The notes: a model not told the origin generated them from the letters alone. Positions 43,721-56,626 are shown, counted from the first letter of the stretch. The stretch is DNA of 64,000 nt from an uncultured Verrucomicrobiae bacterium (GCA_963702845.1 OY969763.1:1152001-1216000); one strand, 5' to 3'. Program-made: numbers and translations.

Positions 43721-44140
43721 TTACCGGGCGCGGACCTGGAGCTGGCGGACTTTGGCGCGGATGCGTTTATAATCGCTATGCTCGCGCAGGTTCTTGAGGT
43801 CAGGGTCTTGCATCATCCACTTGAAATCTCGATAGCCGAGATTGAGGGCAAGTTCCAGCGCTTCGGCAGCGAGGTCGCACTGGTGAGTGAGCGAGTAGCT
43901 GCAGGCGAGATTGTAATGAATCAGCGAATCGTCGGGTTTGATGCGCGAAAGCTTCTCGTCGATGCGAAGACCTTCGTCGTAGCGCCCACGGCGCGTGTAA
44001 TCATCACCGAGGATCTGGAGAGCATCGATATAGCCCGGATACCGGCGGATGACCCCTTCCATAAACTGAATTTCGAAGTCCAAATCGCGCAATTCTTGAC
44101 GGGTCGGCCTCTTGCGCGAGCTGGCGATCTTTTTTGCCAT
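43721..44140 (-). CDS. Small TPR protein
   Basis: ALQILGDDYTRRGRYDEGL..IHYNLACSYS..ALNLGY..DPDLKNLR. Confidence 0.85.
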   Translation of the reverse strand: MAKKIASSRKRPTRQELRDLDFEIQFMEGVIRRYPGYIDALQILGDDYTRRGRYDEGLRIDEKLSRIKPDDSLIHYNLACSYSLTHQCDLAAEALELALNLGYRDFKWMMQDPDLKNLREHSDYKRIRAKVRQLQVRAR

Positions 44141-44264
44141 AGTGAACGCCTGATAGATGCCTCAGGTGAACTTGTAAGTCGATTCTTTTTGGATTAGGGC
44201 CGCGAAATTTTTTTCTAAATTCCTCTTGCGCCCCGATAGGGGACGCACACAGTTTTGCACGCAA

Positions 44265-45272
44265 ATGAACTGCTTTGTCACAGGCGCATCTGGATTCATC
44301 GGCGCGAATCTCGTGCACGAATTAATCGCGCGCGGACATCGCGTCAAAGCGCTTGTTCGCAAAGGCAGCGACACGCGCGCCCTGGGCGAGGTCAATTGCG
44401 AATTTGTGCAGGGCGATGTGCTGGATCGCACTGCTTTGGATGAAGGACTGCGCGGGTGTGATTGGTGTTTTCATGTGGCGGCGAGTTATCACCTTTGGCT
44501 GCGCGATTATGCGCCAATGTATGCGGCGAATGTTGAGGGGACACGAACGGTTCTCGAAACTGCCGCGAAAGCGGGATGCAGTCGGATTGTTTATACGAGC
44601 ACGGTGGGTTGCATTGGTTTGCCGAAAGAGGTGAATGGCAAAGTGACGCCGACGGATGAAGCGACGCCGGTTTCCGGCGCGCAGATGAGCAATCATTACA
44701 AGAAATCGAAATGGGAAGCGGAAGTTGTGGCGCGTGAGCTCGCGACGAAGGGTCTGCCGATTGTCATCGTGAATCCCAGTGCCCCGATTGGACCGCGGGA
44801 TGTGAAGCCGACACCGACGGGGCAGGTGATTGTCGATTTTCTCAATCGTAAGATGCCGGCATATTTGGACACCGGTTTGAATTGGGTGCATGTGCGAGAT
44901 GTGGCGATTGGTCATATTCTTGCCGCGGAGAAAGGCCGTATCGGTGAGCGATATATCCTCGGGAACGCGGAAGGGAATTGGACGATGAAGGAATCTTTGG
45001 ACGAACTTGCGCGTGTAACCGGTTTGCCTGCGCCAAAATTTCAAGTGCCCTATGCGGTTGCGCTTACCGCTGCTTATTTCGACGAAGCAATTTCCAAAAT
45101 TTCCGGCAAGCCGCCGAAAGCGCCTCTCGCCGGTGTGCGAATGGCGAAATACAAAATGTTTTTTAACCCGAGCAAAGCGGTGAAGGAACTCGGGATGCCG
45201 CAAACATCACCGCGCCAGGCGTTCGTCGATGCCATCGAGTGGTTTCGCGCGAATGGGTATGTGAAGAATTAA
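44265..45272 (+). CDS. hpnA: NAD-dependent epimerase/dehydratase, HpnA/dihydroflavonol-reductase-like
   Basis: VTGASGFIG, FHVAASY, YKKSK, NPSAPIGPRDVKPTPTG. Confidence 0.8.
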   Translation: MNCFVTGASGFIGANLVHELIARGHRVKALVRKGSDTRALGEVNCEFVQGDVLDRTALDEGLRGCDWCFHVAASYHLWLRDYAPMYAANVEGTRTVLETAAKAGCSRIVYTSTVGCIGLPKEVNGKVTPTDEATPVSGAQMSNHYKKSKWEAEVVARELATKGLPIVIVNPSAPIGPRDVKPTPTGQVIVDFLNRKMPAYLDTGLNWVHVRDVAIGHILAAEKGRIGERYILGNAEGNWTMKESLDELARVTGLPAPKFQVPYAVALTAAYFDEAISKISGKPPKAPLAGVRMAKYKMFFNPSKAVKELGMPQTSPRQAFVDAIEWFRANGYVKN

Positions 45273-45287
45273 ACGCCGCAAGGGCTA

Positions 45288-46174
45288 CTACTTCAATTCA
45301 GCTTTTATTTCGCGGATCATTTGTTCCAACTGCCGGCCGTATTTGACGTAGCTGTCGTAAACGTGTTTGTCGTCAGCTTTGACGGTGGCGTCGTGGAAAA
45401 CGACGGCGACGTGCGGTTCGATGGAGATACCGGCGTCGTAGCCGCGTGGAAGGCATCTTTTAAAATCTTGCGGACGTGGCCCTGGCCTTCGCCGGGATAG
45501 TTGTAGTCGCAATCGTTTTTCGCGGGGACGTAAGTGGCGTCTTTGACGTGGATATGGGCGACGTGGTCGCGGATGTGTTCCCAGAATTCCCATGCGTCCT
45601 GTCGCGGCCACGGCTTGGACTTCATGCGGTCAGCGTTGAAGACGGGATTACCGGTGTCGAAAACCCATTTCAAGCCGGGGCATTTTTCGAGGAGTTCCAG
45701 GCCGTGTTGCCAGCTCATGCCGCCGTAGTTCATGCAGTTTTCATGCACGGGTTGAAGGTCCGCGTCGGTAAACATTTTCGTGACTTCGCGAATACGATGA
45801 AATACTTCGTCGGGAGTTTTTTCGTCTGTATCGGCCGGCTTGAAACTCATGATGCGAACGTATTTGGTGCCGAGCCGTTGCATGCGCGGGATGCAGCGTT
45901 TGACTTCGCAAACGGTGATGTCGAAAGGGTCCGTGATTTTCTTGGCCCAGTTGGCGATGGCGGAGCCAAAGGCGTAAACGCCGAGACCGCTTTCTTTCAA
46001 CTTGGCTTCAACGACGTCGAACGCTTTGTCGGGGATATCGTGGAGGTTGCCTTTGGGAAAGCCGTCGACTTCGACGACGCGCATCTCAATATATTTCCAG
46101 CCGAGCTCCTTGGTGGCGTTGGTCTGGGCGTCGAGTTTGGCGCCTGCTTCATCTCCGATACCTGTCAAAATCAT
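45288..46174 (-). CDS. Sugar phosphate isomerase/epimerase (xylose isomerase-like TIM barrel), frameshift ~45450
   Basis: TGIGDEAG, VHEN, FDTGN, HIHVKD, then GYDAGISIEPH in the second frame. Confidence 0.85.
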
Positions 46175-46527
46175 GGGTCAATTTAGCCACAGATGAAACA
46201 CGGATGGAACACAGATTTTCCGTGGCGCGCGCGGAGCGACAGCCCTACTTTGAACTCCAACATTCCAGTAGCGGGCCTTCGGCGCCGTAAACGGGATCGA
46301 ATTTCGGGAGGGGAAGCATGGCGATGATGTGCGGATGATTTAGCACTTTGGCGAATGCCTGTGGCAGTTGTAATGCGGTTTTCATACTCCCAAAAATTAA
46401 TTTAGCGCAGAAGCGAGTTGTAATAGTTGGCGCTGCGAAGTGCGTCGGGGGTGTTCCTACGGAAAATAGCAAGAATGGATGAGGCACATGTATTCCAATT
46501 TCGTGTAGCGTTCTATGGGAAAATGCG

Positions 46528-49394
46528 ATGGGCGAATCAGCAGGCAACAACGAACACGAACGGCACGAGAGTTTGTCGAAATACGACATTCTCGATACGC
46601 CGGCTGACCCGGCATTTGATGATTTAGCTTCTTTGGCGGCACAGTTTTGCAACGTGCCCGTATCGCTCATCTCGTTTTTGGATGGCGATCGTGAATGGAT
46701 CAAGTCGGAGGTTGGCACTTCAATCCGCGAGATTCCCCGGAACCATGCGTTTGCCAAGCGCGCCGTTTACTCCAACGATTTTGTCGTTGTATCGGATGCC
46801 GAGGCCGACGAGGAATTGCGAGACAATCCGCTGGTTAAAGATGAACCGCACGCGCGATTTTTTGCGGGTTGGCCTTTGATCAATCCACAGGGCGTGGCGG
46901 TTGGCGCGCTATATGTTATTGACGATCACATCCACCATCTGACCGATCAGCAGACGCAGATTCTGAAGGTGCTTAGCCATGAAGCAGTGATGCTGCTGGA
47001 ATTACGTCGTGAGCTGCATGAGTCACGGGAAAAAAACGAACGCACGCGCGCCGAGTTGGAGGAGATGAGGCTGAAATTGCAGGCACGGTCGGCGGAGCAC
47101 CTTCGCGTTGAAACTGAATTGAAGCGGCGCGAACGACAGTTGTCGGACGCTCAACGAATAGCGCATTTAGGCAGTTGGGAGTGGGATCTTTGCACGAATT
47201 TAGTAACATGGTCGGACGAGCTTTTTCGCATCTACGGTGTGAAACCGAACCAGTTTGAGGCGACGTATGAAGCCTATCTTCGATACGTTCATCCTGACGA
47301 TCGGGTCAAAACGAATCATGCCGTCGAGCAGGCGCTCGTCACCAAGGGCTCTTTTGATACGGAAGAGAGAATTGTTCGAGCGGACGGGACGGTGCGCACT
47401 CTGTCCACATGCGGCGAAGTCATCCGGAACGAAAAGGGTGAACCAGTCCGTATGGTCGGCTGTTGCTACGACATCACGGAACGCAAGCAGATAGAAAACA
47501 AGCTGCAACACTTATTGTCGCTGTTAAACGCAACGATTGAAGCCACTGCCGATGGCATACTGGTCGTGGACATGGATCAAAAGATCGTTCAGTTCAATCG
47601 AAAGTTCGCTGAACTATGGCACTTTCCGAAGGAATTCGCTTCTATTTACGAAGATGGACGGCTGATCAACTTTGCTTCTGATCAACTGAAAGATCCGCTT
47701 GGATTTCGGCAGAAGGTGGAAGCGATGTATAAATCGCCCGAATGCGATAGTTTTGATGTGCTCGAGTTCAAGGATGGCCGGACGTTTGAGAGATATTCGT
47801 GTCCGCAATACCTCGCAGGCAAACCCGTTGGCCGGGTTTGGTCGTTTCGGGATGTAACCGAACGCGAGCGGGCCATTCAAGTGATGCGCCTAAGTGAAGA
47901 GCGATACCGGTCCCTGGTTCTTGCGTCTACCCAAATCGTATGGTCGACGGATGCGGACGGTCAGGTGATGGAAGATAGCCCGTCGTGGCGGGCCTTCACG
48001 GGCCAAACCGTGGCCGAAACAAAAGGGCGCGGGTGGTTGTCAGTTGTGCATCCTCGCGACCGGGCACGCATTGCTGAAATGTGGGAGCACGCGACAAAGA
48101 CTGGGTCGATTTACCAGGTGGAATATCGGATCCGCCGCGCCGATAGTGAGTGGCGATATGTCACCGTGCGTGGCGTTCCCGTTCATGAAAAGGACGGCAA
48201 AATCCGGGAATGGGTCGGTTATTGCATGGACATTACGGACGCCAAGAATGCAAACGATATCATATTGAAAGAACGCGATTTTTCGAATGCGTTGATCAGC
48301 AGTTTGCCGGGAATTTTTTATGTGCTGGACGAGACCGGCCTGAATCTGCGGTCGAACGAAAACCTCGAAAAGGTTACCGGATATTCGTCACTGGAAATCT
48401 CAAGAATGCGGGGGCCCGACTTCGTTGCTGACGACGAGAAGGAGATGCTGGCCGCACGATCCACAAAGTTTTTGAAACCGGTGAAGCGGATGTTGAGTTG
48501 CAATTGTTGACGAAGGCCGGGGAGCGCGTGCCTTTTTATTGCACTGGCCGACTCGTTCATCTGGATGGCCGGCCGCGCCTCGTTGGCGTCGGTATCGATA
48601 TCTCTGAATTAAAGAGAGCAGAGGCGGAAAACAAACGGCTCAATGCCGAGTTGGAACAGCGCGTGCAGGAGCGGACGCTGCAATTGAACGAAGCGAGCAA
48701 GGAAATGGCGACGTTTACCTACACAGCGTCGCACGACCTGCGTTCGCCTGTTCGTGCAATCGTCGGTTTTGCGCGCGCCATTCGCGAAGATTCCGCTCAT
48801 TTGTTGGGCGAAGAAAGCAGGCTTTACCTGGACCGCATCATTCACGCGAGCGACCGCATGATGCAGTTGATTGACGATCTGTTGAAATATTGCCGCGTTG
48901 GGCAACAGGCGGTCCATTTGCGCGCAGTTTCGATCCAGAAGATGATCGAAGAGATTTTTCAGGAGTTTGAACCGCGACTTAAAAGTATTGGAGGAGAAGT
49001 TTTAATCGCAAGCGACCTGCCGCGCGTTCTTGGTGATTCCACTTTATTGCACAAGATTTTCGAAAATTTGATCGAAAACGCCGTCATTTATCGAAAACCA
49101 CAAGAGCCATTGCGAATAGACGTGAACTGGCGAAAAGGAGTCGACGACGTCGTCGTCTTCGTTGCCGATAACGGAATCGGGATCGCTCCGCATCATCACG
49201 AGCGGATTTTTGACGTGTTCCAACGCCTGCACGGAACTGACGATTTTCCAGGGACGGGTATTGGCCTGGCCACAGTCAAACGGTCGATCGAAAAACTTGG
49301 TGGAGAAGTGTGGGTTGAATCAGAGTTGGGTAAGGGAAGCGTATTCTGCGTAAGGCTCAAAACAGTGGACGCCACGGCCAGTAACGGATTGTGA
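46528..49394 (+). CDS. GAF/multi-PAS sensor histidine kinase (frameshift ~48460)
   Basis: YDILDT..FDDL GAF domain, several PAS/PAC motifs (DITERK), SHDLRSP, ENLIENA, DNGIGI, GTGIGLA. Confidence 0.92.
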
Positions 49395-49439
49395 TGCTTT
49401 TTCCTGAAGGTTTTTCAAAGGGATGTCGTCAAAAGCGGT

Positions 49440-50717
49440 ATGTTTGACTGTGGACTTCAGAAACGAAATTTCAGGACATTCGGCGCTTTGATTGCAACAA
49501 GTGTATTTCTTGTTGGTGCAATAAATTCCCATGCAGAATTGCCGACGGTGAAGTTTCGTTCAGTTTTCCCGGAGTTAACCCTGGATCGCCCGGTGCGAAT
49601 GGAAGAGGCGAATGATGGGTCGGCGCGTTACTTTGTTGTGGAGCAGAAGGGGCGGATTGTTATTGTGCCAAAAGGGAGCGATTGCAAAGCGACGAAAGAG
49701 TTTTTCAATATCGTCGATCGCAAGCCGCTGGAGTCTAACGAGGAGGGGCTGCTTGGCCTTGCGTTTCATCCGCATTTCCGCACGAACGGATTGATCTATG
49801 TCTACTACAACCAACAGAAACCGCGGCGCAGTATCATCAGTGAGTTCAAGGTTTCAGCCACAGACTCGAACAAGGCTGACGTGGCATCCGAACGAAAGGT
49901 GCTGGAGGTCGAACAACCTTACCCGAATCACAAAGGCGGCACGGTGACGTTTGGCCGCGATGGCTTTCTTTATATTGGTCTCGGCGACGGCGGTTCGATG
50001 AATGATCCGCACAACAACGCACAAAATACCGCGGTGTTGTTGGGAAAAATTTTACGAATCGACGTCGATTCACGGACGAACATTGTTCAAGGCAAACACA
50101 CAAATTCACTTCAGTACGGCATCCCATCCGACAATCCATTTGCGAACCGGCCATACGGCGTGCGCGGTGAGATTTGGGCCTATGGGTTACGGAATCCCTG
50201 GCGGTTCAGTTTTGATCGCGAGACGGGAGAGTTGTGGGTTGGCGATGTCGGGCAGGATTTGTGGGAAGAGGTCGACGTGGTTGTCAAAGGCGGCAACTAC
50301 GGCTGGAATGTGCGTGAGGCGTTTCATCCTTTTAAACCTGAACCCGAAGGCGCGCGTTACAAAGAGCCTGTGATAGAATATCCGCACACCCCAGCGATCC
50401 TGTCACAGTCGAAGTTTCCGAAACATGGGATCGGAACGTCGCTCACCGGCGGGTACGTTTATCGCGGCAAAAAATTCCCTGCGCTTCAAGGCATTTATCT
50501 TTACGCGGATTACACGTTGGGGACGATTTTTGGTTTGCGATGTAAAAACGGCAAGGTGACGGAGTATGGGACCTTATTGTCGCAACCAAAAAACATTGCC
50601 AGTTTCGCAGAGGACCTGGATGGAGAGATTTATGCGCTAGCGTTCGACGGAAAAGTTTATGCGATCGAACCGGACGCGGCTGGGAAATCGGTAGAGTCGA
50701 ACATTCCCAAGGATTGA
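49440..50717 (+). CDS. PQQ-dependent sugar dehydrogenase (GSDH beta-propeller); start uncertain
   Basis: [52 protein letters not shown]. Confidence 0.9.
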   Translation: MFDCGLQKRNFRTFGALIATSVFLVGAINSHAELPTVKFRSVFPELTLDRPVRMEEANDGSARYFVVEQKGRIVIVPKGSDCKATKEFFNIVDRKPLESNEEGLLGLAFHPHFRTNGLIYVYYNQQKPRRSIISEFKVSATDSNKADVASERKVLEVEQPYPNHKGGTVTFGRDGFLYIGLGDGGSMNDPHNNAQNTAVLLGKILRIDVDSRTNIVQGKHTNSLQYGIPSDNPFANRPYGVRGEIWAYGLRNPWRFSFDRETGELWVGDVGQDLWEEVDVVVKGGNYGWNVREAFHPFKPEPEGARYKEPVIEYPHTPAILSQSKFPKHGIGTSLTGGYVYRGKKFPALQGIYLYADYTLGTIFGLRCKNGKVTEYGTLLSQPKNIASFAEDLDGEIYALAFDGKVYAIEPDAAGKSVESNIPKD

Positions 50718-50719
50718 AG

Positions 50720-50795
50720 TGGTGGGCCCGCCCGGATTTGAACCGGGGACCAAGCGATTATGAGTCGCCTGCTCTAACCGCTGAGCTACGGGCCC
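50720..50795 (-). tRNA. tRNA-Ile2 (anticodon CAT, lysidine type)
   Basis: GGGCCCGTAGCTCAGCGGTTAGAGCAGGCGACTCATAATCGCTTGGTCCCCGGTTCAAATCCGGGCGGGCCCACCA; 76 nt with encoded CCA. D and anticodon arms resemble E. coli ileX rather than Met tRNAs. Confidence 0.93.
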
Positions 50796-50873
50796 AATCA
50801 GCTGATGACAGCGCATTAAACAATAGCCAGCACAGGCCGTTTTACAATCTGATACTGGTTTCTGCTATCGACC

Positions 50874-53635
50874 TCACTGCACAATTTTGAGCCGATAGTA
50901 GCGCGCCTTGTTAGTAGATTGGAGCAGAGCGCCCGCATCTGTAAAAGTCTGCGTTGAAGGCGAGCCGTACGCGCCGGGTCCATCTCACTTTGAATCGGTC
51001 GAACAATGTCGATTAATGGACCATTAAAGCCCCCGTTCGCATCGCCGTCGCAATATTGAAGTCGATACCGGGTTCCACCGACCGTCGACCACGTTAAAAC
51101 AATGTCACCGTTCGGTTGCATCGCGGCGTTGGTGACTCGCAGGGATGAGGCCGAATTGGTCGGATTCGTGTTCGCAAAATATTCGTTAAGGTTGCTTTGA
51201 CCGTCCCCATCGTCATCACCATTTGGATCGGTGACGCCGTAGCGCACTTCCCAGGCATCAGGAAGTCCGTTGCTGTTGAGGTCCGGCGGCGCGTTGACAA
51301 CCAAATCAAGATTGGCACTGGCGCTGATCGCAACGCTATCGGTTGCCGCAAAAGTGAATCGGTCAGTGCCGCGATAACCATGGGTCGGCAGATAAGTGAT
51401 CGTGCCGGTCGCAGGATCGAAATTGTACGTCAGTCCACGGGTTGGCTGACTGTTAGTTCGAAACGCCAGGACATCTGCATTCGCGTCCGAAGCGACGAGA
51501 TTAAAAGTGGTTGGCTGATCGCCTATAACAGTAACCGTTCGATTGGTGGCGACGGGAGCGGTGTTAGCGGTAGTCGTGAAAACACGCGAAGAACTCAGAA
51601 AGGTGTTGCCGGCGGAATCGGTAACTTTGACATACCATTCGTAGGTTTTGCTGGCCTGAAGGCCCGTCCAAACAAAACTATTCTGCGCTCCGGGAGGGAC
51701 GTTCGTATTGGTTCCGAGCGCGACCCACGGAGTTCCCGGCGAGCCTGCTCCATTCGGTTGCATGTTGTAGCTAAACGAAAACTGGCTGTTGCCATCTGTC
51801 TCGTACGCGTCGGTATACGGCGAATACGTTTTCACGCTGACTAAGTTGTTGCTCGGCGAAAAAGTCATCACTCGCATCAGGCCGTTGCCACCGTTGATGC
51901 GCCCCTGATAATCGGAGATGAGCGTGTGAACGGTATGCCCGTTGAAAGTATCTGTGCGCCGGCCTTCGCCGCCCTCGTTGAAAACGTGACCGCCCAGCAT
52001 CAGGAAAAAATTCGGATTCGTTTTCAACTCATCGTAAATCGCCTGGCCTTGGGCGCTGAATGGGGAAACGGTGGTGTCGTCCGGCGTATCGTCTCCTGCA
52101 AAATGCGTCAGAACGATGACTCGCCGATTCTGATTGGTCGCCAAAACATCATCGGCCCAGCCCAAAACGGTGGAGCCGTAGCGCCCATACTCGAAGGAGA
52201 GCACAATAAAATCCAATCCACTGACGCTGAACAAAGCAAACCATGTGTCGTTGTTGGTGCTGAAATGACCACCGTAATAGGGCATGTCGACAAAATGGGA
52301 GGTGCCGAAATATTTGTTATAATTATCGGTTGTACCGTCAGGATCGCCGTTTGGTTCCTGATCGTGGTTGCCGACAGACACGAGGTATGGAATGCCATTA
52401 TTCAAAAGCGTTCGTGCGGGGTTTTCGAGACGGTACATGGCGTTCGTTGCATTGCGCCATTCGGTGGTGTTCGAATTGCCATTCAGGATATCACCATTTT
52501 GCACGCAATCGCCGAGGGTCGCGACAAACGGGATGTTTTGGCGGACGCGGTTGGTGATGATCCATTCGGTTTGGGAATACCACATTTCCATTGTTGCATT
52601 ACCGGAACCCGACGCTTCACGAGCGTAATTTTGTGTGTCGGGCAATACTGGAATGAGAAAGTCTGGACCGGGATACGGCTTCGGAGCTTGACGACCAAAG
52701 TACGTCACCGTGACGTTTCCGGGCGCAGCATTCGAAGGAATCGCTCGCAGCGATGCGGTCGCCCCAAAGTTCGAGGCGCCGTTGGCCGGTGCAGTCAACC
52801 CGGCGGAAACAGGAACCGGGACCACGGAAAAGTTATCGTACGTAACCGGGCCAGCACTGGGAGCAATATCCCAAATGACGTAACGCCCTGGGCCAATAAA
52901 ACGCCAACCATTCGGCAAGTCTGGATCCGTAGCAGTGTCGTAAATCCACGTGAAACCGCCATCCATTGAAACCTGCACGCGCGAGTGAAACGAACTCGTT
53001 TCAGCGCCGGCGTCTGTTACGCGGATGACAAACGTTACCTCAGTGCCAGAACTGCCGGGAACGGTGTTCGTAATGAACGTGTTGAGGTCGACGGCCAGCC
53101 CGGACGCGGCCGTATCAATGCGTTTACCGATGGTGTAAAAATTATCCTCGTTTGCCGTGCGAAACAATTGAACGCCAAAACCCCACGTCGTTGCATCGCC
53201 TTCAGCGCTGGCAATGGCAAACGAGAAGCGCTGTGTGCTAGGGGAATTGTTCGCCATGCTGATAGAAAGATCATACACGACGGGCTTTTGCGTCGTCGCG
53301 GCAGTTGACCCGAATGCAGGTGCTAAATCAAACGGTGTGGACCCGTTTGCGGAAAGGACGAACCGGCCAGCATTAGTCGCGACGTTTACCTGCAGTTTGT
53401 TGCTCGTAATTGCAAATGCCGAGTTGGGTTTCGTGCTCGTGGGAATGTAACGCAAGTTTGCCGACGCCGTTCCCGTGAGACGTGTAGCAGGTGGATTAAT
53501 TCCCGAGTTTACACCTTGATTCAACGAGAAGCCGGTGCCGCTGCTGGTGGCATTGAAGTTGTCCGAAATGATCGGCTGCGCCGTCGCCGACAGGCATAAC
53601 GCCAACGTCAAAAAAACATAAACGACTTTTTTCAT
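50874..53635 (-). CDS. Secreted calcineurin-like metallophosphoesterase with Ig/cadherin-like domain (frameshift ~50970)
   Basis: Signal MKKVVYVFLTLALCLSATA; PDTQNY, LGD, VGNHD, GHV; DANADVL..GTDRFTF. The shifted frame ends ARYYRLKIVQ* at 50874. Confidence 0.85.
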
Positions 53636-53796
53636 GCAATCAGCACGGAACGGCGCTGGATCGAGGTAGCTTTTGTTCCGGTAATTCTGTTGATTGTAGC
53701 GGACGCACGCTGTCATGCAAAGCTTTGCTACGCTGAAATTCAGTACAGGCGGTTCCTGAGTTCCGTCAGCCGACGCGTCGGGCGCGGTCCGGTAGC

Positions 53797-54879
53797 TTAT
53801 CTCTGAATTCGGGCCGAGCCGCCTTTGGCCAAGGCTTCGACTTGATCGAGCGTCGCCATCGTCGTGTCGCCCGGGAACGTTGTCAGCAACGCGCCGTGAG
53901 CCCATCCGAGGTTCACCGATTCCTGCGGTGAACGGCCGGTGAGCAGGCCATAGAAAAATCCCGCGGCATAACCGTCGCCGCCACCGACGCGATCCAGCAC
54001 GTCGAGTTCGCACACGGGCGATTGATACGTTTCACCTTCCATCCACGCCACGGCGCTCCAGCTATGGCGATTGGTCGAATGCACTTCGCGCATCGTCGTC
54101 GCAACGGCTTTGATGTGCGGATGTTTTTTGGTGACGTTCGTCATCATGCTGAAGAACGCGCTCGGATCGAGTTTGCTCTTCGCGTGAACTTCAGGTCCGG
54201 GAATACCGAGGCCGAGTTGAAGGTCTTCTTCGTTGCCGACCAACACGTCGACGTTCTTAACGATTTTGTCCAGGACTGCAACGGCACGTTCGTGACCGCC
54301 GGCAATATTCCAAAGTTTGGCGCGATAGTTGAGGTCGAAGGAGGTGACCGCGCCGGCGGCCTTGGCCGCTTGCATGGCTTCGATGATTACTTCAGCAGTG
54401 GTGTGCGAAAGGGCGGCGAAAATTCCGCCGCTGTGAAACCATCGAACTCCTGAGCCGAAAATTTCTTTCCAATTAAAATCGCCCGGCTTGAGTTGTGCGG
54501 CCGCTTCGTTGCAACGGTTGTAGAAAACGATTGGGGCACGAACGCCATGGCCTTGATCGCTGTAAACCGTGGCCATGTTCGGGCCATGCACGCCATCGTG
54601 CTTGAACGTTTTATAGAACGGCTTCACGCCCATGGCGCGCACGCGTTCGGCAATGAGATCGCCGATGGGATATTGAACCATTGCGCTGGCGATGCCCGTT
54701 TTGAGTTGGAAGCAGTCCGAAAGATTGGCCGCGACATTGAATTCACCGCCGCTGACGTGGATGTCGCAGTGTGTCGCTTTGCGAAAGGGGATCAGGCCAG
54801 GATCAAGGCGATGGACGAGTGCGCCGAGAGAAAGAAAATCCAACGCTCCAGATTTAGGAATGCTCAAAGTCGATTTCAT
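53797..54879 (-). CDS. kdgK: PfkB sugar kinase (2-keto-3-deoxygluconate kinase-like)
   Basis: SGGEFNVA, SFDLNYR, NEED, DRVGGGDGYAAG. Confidence 0.85.
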   Translation of the reverse strand: MKSTLSIPKSGALDFLSLGALVHRLDPGLIPFRKATHCDIHVSGGEFNVAANLSDCFQLKTGIASAMVQYPIGDLIAERVRAMGVKPFYKTFKHDGVHGPNMATVYSDQGHGVRAPIVFYNRCNEAAAQLKPGDFNWKEIFGSGVRWFHSGGIFAALSHTTAEVIIEAMQAAKAAGAVTSFDLNYRAKLWNIAGGHERAVAVLDKIVKNVDVLVGNEEDLQLGLGIPGPEVHAKSKLDPSAFFSMMTNVTKKHPHIKAVATTMREVHSTNRHSWSAVAWMEGETYQSPVCELDVLDRVGGGDGYAAGFFYGLLTGRSPQESVNLGWAHGALLTTFPGDTTMATLDQVEALAKGGSARIQR

Positions 54880-55660
54880 GGTCGCGGTCGGTATAACATG
54901 GCGACGAACGGATGAAAGTCGGAAATGGTTTCCCGTAATCGTGCCGAATTGTTGCGGCATGTATCATGCGTGTCCTCAACATTTAACGTATGCGTCCATG
55001 AAGCACTCAATGACCCTTAAGTTCAAGTGTAACCGTTGATTAGCATGAGGAAGTCTACGATCGGTTTTGCGACGGGTGCAAGGTCGTGGGGGCGGCTGCT
55101 GATGAGGTTGTGAAACGGTGTCGGTCAATGCTATGGCATATTTTCCCTAAATACCGAATAATTCAAACGGCGACGGCGGTCACACATGCCTGGTCACTCA
55201 CCACTTTCACCTTGCCAATACCGCTACTACATTGTAACACAGTGTCGTTGCCGAAATTAGGCGACGGGGAATCGGGCCCTGGTTGTTTTCGACATTGGAT
55301 CGAAACTCCGTTAGTAGCGTCGTAGCCTTGTGCGAAGACGAATGCTCTTTGAAAATATGAATGTCGATGTCAGTTGTCCTGACTTGTCACCAATTGCGAC
55401 GAATCAGGACGGCTTACGACCCATTGTGACCAAATCGGATACACCGCCTCCGGGTAGGACAGCGTCTCGCCTGTCGTTAGTGGCGTCCCGCAGCTCACAC
55501 CCTGTGAATTGAACGGTTTCGGAGAGTTGCGGGTAGTTTCGGTTGAAAAGACCTACCCCTCAAAAACGGCTCAGTTTATGCGTTGATCTCTGCGGATTAG
55601 GCGCATACGCCGATGCAACACACCAAAAAACCACGTGTTTTCCCAGCAAATTGTCGTATC

Positions 55661-55799
55661 TCTCCGCAAGACTCCGCATCTCTCCGCAAAATTCGCGGGG
55701 TGGTGCCTGGGACGGTCGCACCGCGCGGGCGCATTTCAAAGTTGTAAAAGTAGCTACGAGTTGCTGTTAGTAGCTACGTGTAGCTGATTGTAGCAACAT
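55661..55799. repeat. Two 10 bp-period arrays (CTCCGCA x3; GTAGC x5)
   Basis: TCTCCGCAAG ACTCCGCATC TCTCCGCAAA; GTAGCTACGA GTTGCTGTTA GTAGCTACGT GTAGCTGATT GTAGCAACAT. Confidence 0.85.
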
Positions 55800-55941
55800 T
55801 CCCGCGATTTTTTTGCGGGAGGGGTGCTGCTTTGCCTTTCAATGCAAGCGACTAGGACTCCGAATTGTCTCGATTCAGAATGCGGAATTCAAAATGCGGA
55901 AGGGATACCGTGTATTGTGCCGAACGGTAGGACAGGGTTTA

Positions 55942-56349
55942 ATGGAGCAGGTGATTTTGAAAATTTTGAAATGGCATTGTTTGGTTTTTGTTCTCGCGTT
56001 CGTTGCCGGGTGTGCGACTGGCCCACGTCCAGATGAACGGATCGCAAAGGCGTATCAGACGGGTATGACGCGGGAGGCTGTGCATCAGCTTCTGGGTAAT
56101 GCGCGACCGTTGGAATCTGTTTTGCGGCCGGCGGGTGGATGGTCAGGTAGTGATACTCGTTATATGGCGAACCGGGCGGCTGCGTATTTCGAGCGGGAAC
56201 ATCACGGTGTTTTGGTCCAGTCGTGCGAGGTATACTGGATTGCGCGCGGCAGCAACGTGGCATGGGTCGTCGGCGGTGTTTTTTGGGACTACTTATTTTT
56301 TGACGGGGACGGAAAGTTGCTTGGGTATCACCGCAGGCTTTTGGATTGA
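55942..56349 (+). CDS. Hypothetical lipoprotein (weak SmpA/BamE-like features); start uncertain
   Basis: Lipobox VAGC, GMTREAVHQLLG, LFFDGDGKL. Confidence 0.65.
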   Translation: MEQVILKILKWHCLVFVLAFVAGCATGPRPDERIAKAYQTGMTREAVHQLLGNARPLESVLRPAGGWSGSDTRYMANRAAAYFEREHHGVLVQSCEVYWIARGSNVAWVVGGVFWDYLFFDGDGKLLGYHRRLLD

Positions 56350-56626
56350 GGAGAGGGGACATTGCGAAGCCACAGCGGGCACCGGGGGTGGATATTTGAG
56401 GTTAAGTAAATGATGAAGACGGCGCGCGACGGAGCGACCCGTCCTACCGAAGTGTGGCGGGTGGCGCGACATTTCGTTCAGTTTTTCCCCGATTGCGGGC
56501 GCAGGTAAAAAATGAAAGCATCCGTGTAACCCAGCCGTCTGTTCAAAGTTCGTGCGTCATTTTGTTTTGCAGGAGCGATTTGGCGTCGATTTTCAACCCT
56601 GCAAACAACAACTGAATACGCAAAAT

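Noticed and set aside
50720..50795. tRNA as an island integration site; tRNA-Met identity
   Set aside because: No duplicated 3' end or integrase seen. The sequence fits Ile2 better than initiator or elongator Met.
53636..54013. N-terminal extension of the 1065 aa ORF
   Set aside because: It overlaps kdgK, and the signal peptide begins at ATG 53635.
54960..55640. Short ORFs or a riboswitch in the intergenic gap
   Set aside because: No recognisable protein or RNA motif by eye.
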